Source: Candidatus Lokiarchaeum ossiferum
GTDB taxonomy: Archaea > Asgardarchaeota > Lokiarchaeia > Sigyniarchaeales > Promethearchaeaceae
Direction: 5' to 3'
DNA: 32,000 bases
NCBI GenBank assembly: GCA_025839675.1
Contig: CP104013.1
Location: forward strand, 5,280,001 to 5,312,000
Shown piece by piece: positions 1 to 9,000 of this stretch (positions are counted from its first letter, which is position 1; every line of letters begins with the position of its first letter). Made by a program: the position numbers and the translations under genes. The notes beneath the pieces were generated by a model. That model was not told the origin of the DNA. It did not search any database and worked only from the letters and a program-made list of their open reading frames with translations.

Positions 1-1
1 C

Positions 2-3000
2 AATTACATATTAGAGAACCATAGTAATTTTGACAGTTCACTTATAAAAATTGATATTTCCAAAATTCATTTAACGTATAGTGTAATAAATGGTAATGAA
101 TCTATTAGAGAAAGCAATTATGAAGAAATCCAAGAATTTCGACTGGATATTGACGATTCGAATGATCTTGATACTTTAGATATCTCATCTTTATTCAGTA
201 TTAATATTAGTTCAACATTACCAAATACTGAAACATTATTTGCTACTGACGAGGATTTAATATGGGGTAATAATCCAATATCATATTTAGCACTAAAAAA
301 CAAATATACTGCACAATATGATATTTTATTGGAAAATAGTGTTGAAATGGTGATATCTGATAATTTAAGAATACTTTCATCGAATAACTTGAAACTATAT
401 TTATATGAAAATTTTGAGCAATATTTACAATATGATAGTACTCTTGGACTATACTTTATTGAGGGAAGAAATGGAATTCTATGGTCCTTACGGAACGAAA
501 GATTTGAAACCTTGAAAATGAATTGTGAAGTTATTGATAGTGAGGTTCAAATTGAATTAGAATCTTGGAATTCAGATGTAGAATTACTTAATAATGGTAA
601 AACTAAAACTGTTTCAATCGCTGATGCTGATGGAGATAATGATCAAGATATAATACTAGATACTTCAACTGTAATCTATCAGCAAAAAAATGAAGCAACT
701 TATGCCATGAAAATATCTACCTTTGATAATGATGATGAATTGATTTGTGATATGAATTTCTTAGCAATTCAAGATAGAGGGGCACCTCATCCAGAATTTT
801 TTGGTCATCTATCAGAAATTGTGGAATTTGGTCGAAATTTTAGCCTAAATGTTGTTGATTATTCCACTGATTTAACTGATATTTATTTATTTTATTCATA
901 TAATGAAACTGGACCATTTATTGAATTAGATCATCAATCTATTACAGAGACCCAGAATTATTTCAGATATGAAATTGATAGTGAAAATTCTTCAGCATAT
1001 TTAAACGAAGGTAAAATATTTTTCAATTTTACCTGTACTGATGATTCAGGTTTAAATGGTTCAACAATATTATCATGTATAATTGATAGATCTCCTATTG
1101 ATCCACTATTTTCTGTAATTGATTTTGAGAAGACAATATTGGATGAAAATGACGATGAGATGAATTGTATATCAGTTCAAAGTAATATTGAAATTGATAT
1201 TCCTTATGAAGCAGAAACTGAAAGTGATTTAGATTATATCAAATTGTTCTTAATTTGTAATGATGAAATCATATGGAAGAATACATACTTCCCCTCTGAT
1301 TTAGTAAGAAGTGAAAATGGATATGAACTTCAATTCAATATATATGAAAATGTCATCAAATACATTATGAACTATAATATTAGCGATACTCTAAGGTTTG
1401 AATGGCAGACTGTAGATAAAGCTTGTAATATTCATGAATTTAAAAAAAATTATACCTTCAATCTTGATTCCGATTTTGAAATTTTCCTATGCAATGATGA
1501 TGGACTCATGCTTAATCAAAATGAAATAGATTTCTATTATTATAATGAATATATTAATGGAAAAGTTGTTGATTCATTTGGACAACCATTACCCAAGGAT
1601 TTTGAGTTTGATTTGTGCTTAGATGGTCTTATTCTCAATAAAACAAAGATTACTAATAATTATGGTAGTTTCAACGCTAAAATTGTTTCTTGTGAGTTGT
1701 ATTCTAATGATTTAAGATATAATCAAGATGTAATAATTAATGGAATTGATGGGAAATTTGAACAAGATAAGTCTATTCAAATGGGTGCGGGACTATCCTC
1801 AAGGTATTCACAAATTGATGCAGTAAATCGCTTATTTTTGGAAAGTGACAAGGGAAATATAGTCTTGAAATATGAAAATATGGATTACTCTGAATATAAT
1901 ATACTTGATGGATTTGAAGGATTTCATTTTGACTTGTTTATTCCGGCTGCAGTAAGCTATTTGTCTGGATCTACATTTAGTGAAATTCAATTGCAATTCT
2001 CCAATGCTTCTTCATCGCAATCAAACGAAAACGATACCATCTTTACATATACTCTCAATTCTCGTGAAATTCTTGATTTGTTAGATAAAGATCCTAATGT
2101 TTATACTTATTATGATATGCATGTTAAACATTTATCGATAGATGTTCCATTCTATGAACTTGATTCATCTAACTTTTATAATGAATTTGATTTATCTAAA
2201 ATTACAGCAGTTAGGATCGTAGGACAAGATAATTTAATCCATCCTGGTATCAATTTTCAAGATGCAACTTTTTATCGGCAAAGTTTAATGTGTGGAGGAC
2301 TATTCCTAATTGATTTAGTCAATAATGCAACTATGTATTATTCAGAAAATGCTCGTGGGTTGGATACTCCAAGAGAATATCAGATTTCTGCTCAAATTCA
2401 AAATTCAAATATTATGGATATATATGCATCATCTGATTTTTCCATTCAAATTGGTCGCATTAATACAGATTTCCTTAATATAGTTGACATTTTTGATGAT
2501 ATTCATTATTCTGATATAATTAGCATTAACGGAATTGGATTTGATAATGATTATGTGATTTTTACAAATGATATGGTAAATAGTTATCTTTGTTTAAAAT
2601 CTCATCCAAATTATACAAGTGATGAATATATTAATATAGGTGTTTCCTTCCCAATTGGAATTAAAACTAAAACTGACTTCATGATTATAGCTCAACCAAA
2701 TCATTATTATAATCTTGACTTGATTTATTCAGGATCTTCATTTTTTGAAAGTTCTGTTATTCCTATTATAGAAGGAGATTATGAAATTCAAAAAAAAAAT
2801 CTTTCTGTTGATTTATTTAGATATGATTTAGATGAACAATTTGAAATATCCATCGATAGAAATCAAACATCAATAATAAGAGGACAATTAATTGATAATG
2901 ATGGAAAGCCTATGTTTGAATTTGATACAACGTCTTCAGAAAATTTAAGTTTTTATATGTATAATGACTATATCTTAGAATTTAAAGAAGATAGAGAAAT

Positions 3001-6000
3001 ATTTTCGAATAATAATGTATTATTAGGTATTTATGATCGCAATTTTGATTATTGGATTGAAAATTCTCAAATAAAGGGAGGCTTTTTCAATTTCACTTTA
3101 AATAATACAAATAATGGAAATATTCCATTAAATCCAGGACGATATATATTTAATATCAATTTTACGGGAAATAATTATTACAATTCAATAAATAGAACAA
3201 TAATTATTGATGTTGAAGCAAGTGATGTACTATTTGAAATGAAAGATCCTGAAACAGATAGATGGGTTGATTTAAATTTTGAATTAGATCCATCAATTAC
3301 TTTTTCGGATTCCAAATCATATACATTTAGGCTAAATGATGCATATACTAATAAACCAATTTCGAATGTGCCAATATGGTTACAAATTAGTTTGGTTCCT
3401 TATGCTTATGATTCTTCTAAACTAGAAAATTTCTTATCTGATTGCTATGGTGATTATTTAATTAGACACGATAATGTCCCTGAAGAGTTAAGAATCAAGA
3501 AATATATTCAAGATAAAACAAGTAAGCCAATCGCATATCCATATTTCGATGAAAAATGTGAAGAAATTAGAACTTTTGGACCTTTGTATTATCAAATGGT
3601 AGAATCCAACAGTGAAGGTATTGTAGTTTTTAATATTGAAGGGGATGTATTTCAAAATGTAATGGACTATTGGTATGAAAAGCTTAAATTCACACCTATC
3701 TCTGTTGAGGATATTAATTTGTATATTAGAGCTTTTTATTCTTCTTCATTTGATGTTGAATTTATGCAAATTCAAGAAACAACCTATTATGAAAAATCAC
3801 TACCTATTGATTTATTTAACAATAATGAATGGATATATGATTATTCTGATGAAGAATATAATTTAATAAGTGATTATTTATCTGGAACGCTATATACTGA
3901 TCCATATCACAAATCGGGTTATGTTGATGGGATTATCACTATTGAAAAAGAAGATACCATGCTTATGAGTGCATATCAGGAAGTGGTAGGTGCAGGAAAT
4001 TTCACTTTATGCACTCAAGTCATTGAAGCAGATGTTGTAAATGGGCAATATATTCCTGAAAAACACGATGATTCTAACTTTATAGAAAAATATGGTTTAT
4101 CAAGTTTGGACAAATTCGCAATAACCATGGAGATTTATGATCACACTAATTTGAATAAATACATTTCCGGACAACATATTGGTTTTGGTAAATATGTGAA
4201 CTATAATAATGATGCTGATGATTTAGGCGTTGTAGAATATAATAATTCAGAAGCTATTTATGGGGTTGAATGGACGAATTTAGTTCCAAATTATTATAAT
4301 ATTCATTATTCAGTTGCTCAACCAGATAATGAACCATATACTGATGAAATATCTTATTCTAAAACATATAAAATGCCAATTAATACAAGTGTTCCTTTGT
4401 TATTGAAATCACAATCAACATTTAGTATTGATAATCCATCTCATGTCTATTCCATTCCACAATTTATAGAATCACTTGAGAACATTGATGTGTCCTATTT
4501 ATCTGAGAATTCTGAATATATTGATTCATTTTACGATGGGAATTATCCAATTATTAAAACTGATATTTCTATTTCTGCAGATTCTTTATCAGGTGAAAAT
4601 TATAATAATACGGATGAAGTTGTGGTAAATATTTTAGCGGATAATGTAGTTTTAGGTCAATATAAAGTAAGCAATTTTAGTGAAGAGTTAATTCATACAA
4701 AGCACTTTGAATTACCATTAAAAATACTTGAAGGTAGAATCCCAGATATTTCATTTAGGGTAGATTTTGTACCCTTACCGGAAAAAAATATTGATTGGGA
4801 TGAAGAAAGAGAAGAATTCGCATCCAATGATGCTGCTGATATTAATTGGGTTGATTATAGAGATTCCTTAATTCACAATGCATGGGTAGATTATCAAATT
4901 AGAACAAATTATGACATTAAAATTGATAATTTTGTTATCTCAGACTCTAATATTCTTGATAATGCTCAAAATTGGAATATCTATGATGATGTTAATGATG
5001 AATGGATTTATTCAAATGACACAACCAAACAATCTGATTCAATAGTACGAATTTCAGAAATGGGCAAAGATTCATCAACAATAAGTTCAACAAATGAATT
5101 TACGAAAGATTTAATCTCAACAATTAATAAAGTTAATATACTTCAATATCGAATTAATCAAGACTGTGCTGATTGGTCATCTGATATTATGCAAATATCT
5201 GATTCAATGACATTTAATGTATCCGAAATCTTCAAAGATGTATTTTATGTTGAGAGAATTAATAGAAATTGTTCAATTTCCTATGCAGATCCCGTTAGTG
5301 AAGAAAATGTTGAGGATGTTTATCAAACATTTAATGGATTTATGCTTTCAGATTTAAGTAATTGTGAAAATTCAATTAGAACTGCAAATTTTTATAATTC
5401 TTCAGAACTTGATTTTGCTTCTCAAAGTGCTATTTATGCTGGATTAAATCAAGGAGATGTTGTTAAAATTTCTATAAAAGATATTTATATGCCTTATCAA
5501 TCACAAATAAATTGGTCTTTAATCGCACCAAAATTTGATTCAGTTGATATTTCAAATATAGATATTCAATTAGATTTCAAAATTAAGGGAACGACGGAGG
5601 AGTATTTCTCAAATGGTGAAATTTATTACCATTATTTGAACGCTGCTTCATATAATGAAGATATTACAAAATATTTTGTAGATATGTCTCAAGTAATTCC
5701 TGAAGATTTTTGGAGTAAATTTGTAGATATTGAAATCATAATTCATGCCATTACTACAGATGATTTAGTTCAGTTATATTTACTTGATTCTCTTATTACA
5801 GGTAATGAAAATATAATAAAAATGAGTAATGTTTATCCTACTGCATTACGGGCAAGAATGTTTAGCACTAATTTAATGTATTTTTATACCAGTAATGCTT
5901 TTGATATTGGTGCCACAGTAACAGAGAATATTAACATAAATGATCAAAATGATATTCTCTATCGTTTAGAAGAAGATGATGATCCATATACAAATAATCT

Positions 6001-9000
6001 TATTGATATTCTTAATGTTTGGGATTGGAATGTATATGTTAATCCTCCTGAAGATGATATAAGAAGATATATTGATCTCTATAAATGGCATTATAATGAG
6101 GAAACAAAAACTTATGAAGAACTTAATGAGTTGACAGATTACAATCAAAATCTGCAGACATATTTTGATTTTGCTGATGACGATAATGATGGTTTATCCA
6201 TGGTTAAAATGAAATTTAAGGAAGCCTATATGGAAGATTTAACAGAACCGAAGAGATTCTCCGGATTATTAAGACTCTATAACAATGACTATGATAATCC
6301 TGAAGATCCTGAAAATTCAGGTTCTATTTTATCAGAAATGACCTCTCGTAAAATCACTGTTTTATTAAATCCAGAAACTTGGGAACAACAAGCTGAGATG
6401 ATTACACTTAAAACTAGTAGTACTTCAACATCAGACACTTATCGAACTGATTTAGGCAATAAGAATATAGACCTTGAAATAAAAAATGAATTTGAAAAGC
6501 AATCTTCTTTAACATATTTCTTAGAAGCTGGTATTAATGATGTTAATATTACAGATTGGTCAGAAGAAGTTAAGATCAAAAATGCTCCAACCACTACTGC
6601 GGGAAATCTGAAATATGACCTTGAAAATTATCAATCATATTATGATATTATTACTGGATTACCTGCTTCTGCTGAATTGGACTCGTCATATCTTTTCATT
6701 GAGTTGGAAAAACAATCTAATTTAATTTATGAATTCGATATGAATATTGATGGAATTTATGGTATAAATAGTCATTTAGATAAAGGAGAATATGAATTTT
6801 TAGACCTTCCTTTCTATATTGATAATTGCACATACATTGAAAATATTCAATTCTCTCTTTATGATTCCTCAACACTTAGATATACAGAATTAACAGAGAT
6901 ATCTGATCTCACTGATTATTATTCACGAAATAAAGTAATAGATATATCAGGCATTGATTTTGATACGATTAATTTTAAAATTCAATTTAAAGATATTGTA
7001 ACAGCATACGGTAAAAATCCGAATATTACTATCGGAGGATTAGGATTATTTGATGAGAAATCTGTAGGATATTTAAATATTAATTTAAGAGAAACCGAAT
7101 CTAGCCAGAGTGATACTTATACTACTTATTCACATCCCTTAACTCCTACAATATTTAATCCAATAGTTGCTCCTAATGCTAAGAAAATGGATTTAATATT
7201 AAATGATGAAATGGATGCTATTTTTATAAAAGAATTGTCCATTAAAACTCCTGAAAGGGCTAATGCGGAGTTAAATATTTTTGAATTAGCAATAAACGAT
7301 AAATTATCGTCCGATATTGAAGAATCTGTGATGGATAATTACAAAATATACTATTCCTATAAATTTGATGAATATCAAAATGAAATGATGAAAGAAATAT
7401 ATAGTGTTTATTCTGAAGATTTTGGGATGCCAGATTGGATATCTACAAACGGTCTAAAGGTATCGGAGTTAATGAAATGGAGTAATCAATATTCTATTGA
7501 TACAAATGGTGATGGAGATTTTGATATAACCATACAGATTTTTGACGGCGAAGGTAAAGGATCTGATATCTACGAAACTTTGCCGGATGGAACAGAAATC
7601 ACTTATTTCAATAATGGTATTCAGGATACTATGTTATATGATATTGGTAATGATGGTATATGGAATATTCTAGAAAAGAGTGATACTATTATCTCATCTT
7701 TCAATGTGACTGATCCAGCAGACAATGAAAATGGTTATTATTATGTTTCTGAATATAAATTTGAATATGAAGAAATTTGGGAAGATTTAACAGGAGATGG
7801 GATATTTAATATCAAAACTCAGGAATATAGGACTTCTGATTTAAAATCTCCAATACCTAATTATCGAGAATTTTCTACAATAAATTCCAATGGTGATGTT
7901 GAGAGTTATTTTGAGGTACATATTTCAGATGATGATTGGTCCGATTATACTTATGGGAAACTAACAGAGTTCGATTTTAATGGTGATGGGGTCTTTGAAT
8001 ATTCTGAAAAAAGAGAAGATCTATTTCCAAATACTAAAACGGTATTAGAATCCAATGATGAAAATCTTATATATGAAACTTACACCAAAACTTACATAGA
8101 TTCTTCGGGAAATAAAACTATTGAGGAAGGTATTGAATTTCTTCAGAATTTAACATTTATTTGTTTAGGTCCAGACCCTGTAGATGAATGGAATGGGGGT
8201 GAAGGAACCTACGAAAGAGTATTAGCAGGAGAATTTGTAATTCTTGAAGATATTCCAGTTAACTTTGATCCTAGAAGCTTTAGTGATATTCCAAATAGTA
8301 TTCGACTAGATGAACATGGAACCATTGCTTGGTATGATTCTGATAATAATGGGCATTATGAAATAGCTTTTATTTTTACTCAAGAATCATGGCAAGAACA
8401 AATTGCTGTAGCTGCATATCAAAGTAGTACTGGAAAATATGTTGTTCACACACAATATGGTGAATTTGAAAATTCTAACGATACAATTACAGCATTTCAT
8501 TGGTTATCTGATTATTATGACTTTACTGATATAATGGATGTGGGTTGGGATGCTGCTTATGATGATCATAATAGAAAAATGGGATCTGCAGATTTTTGGA
8601 TAACTCAAATAATGGATACATTGTTATCATGCTTAACTATGTTTATTGTTGGTGCATTAGCACCCGCAACTTTCGGTGCTTCTTTATTACTAACAACTGT
8701 AATAAATTCACTCTTTCAAAAATTACTTAGACCTCTTTTAGTCGATTTAATGGAAGAATTTGGGGTTCTAACTAGAGATCGAAGTCATATTTTAGGGGGT
8801 AAGGACGAATCTGGCTTGAAACATGATCCTATTGAATTTCTTGAAGAAGTAGGGCAAAGTTTTGTAGATGATTGGGCAATTTTTGGAAAATCAGAAGGCA
8901 TTCCATATTATACTGAGCGAGCTTACTTTACAGATGTTGATCCTTTCACAATTGATCAAAATAAAGAGCAATTTAGTTCAGATCCAAATGTAGATCCCAT

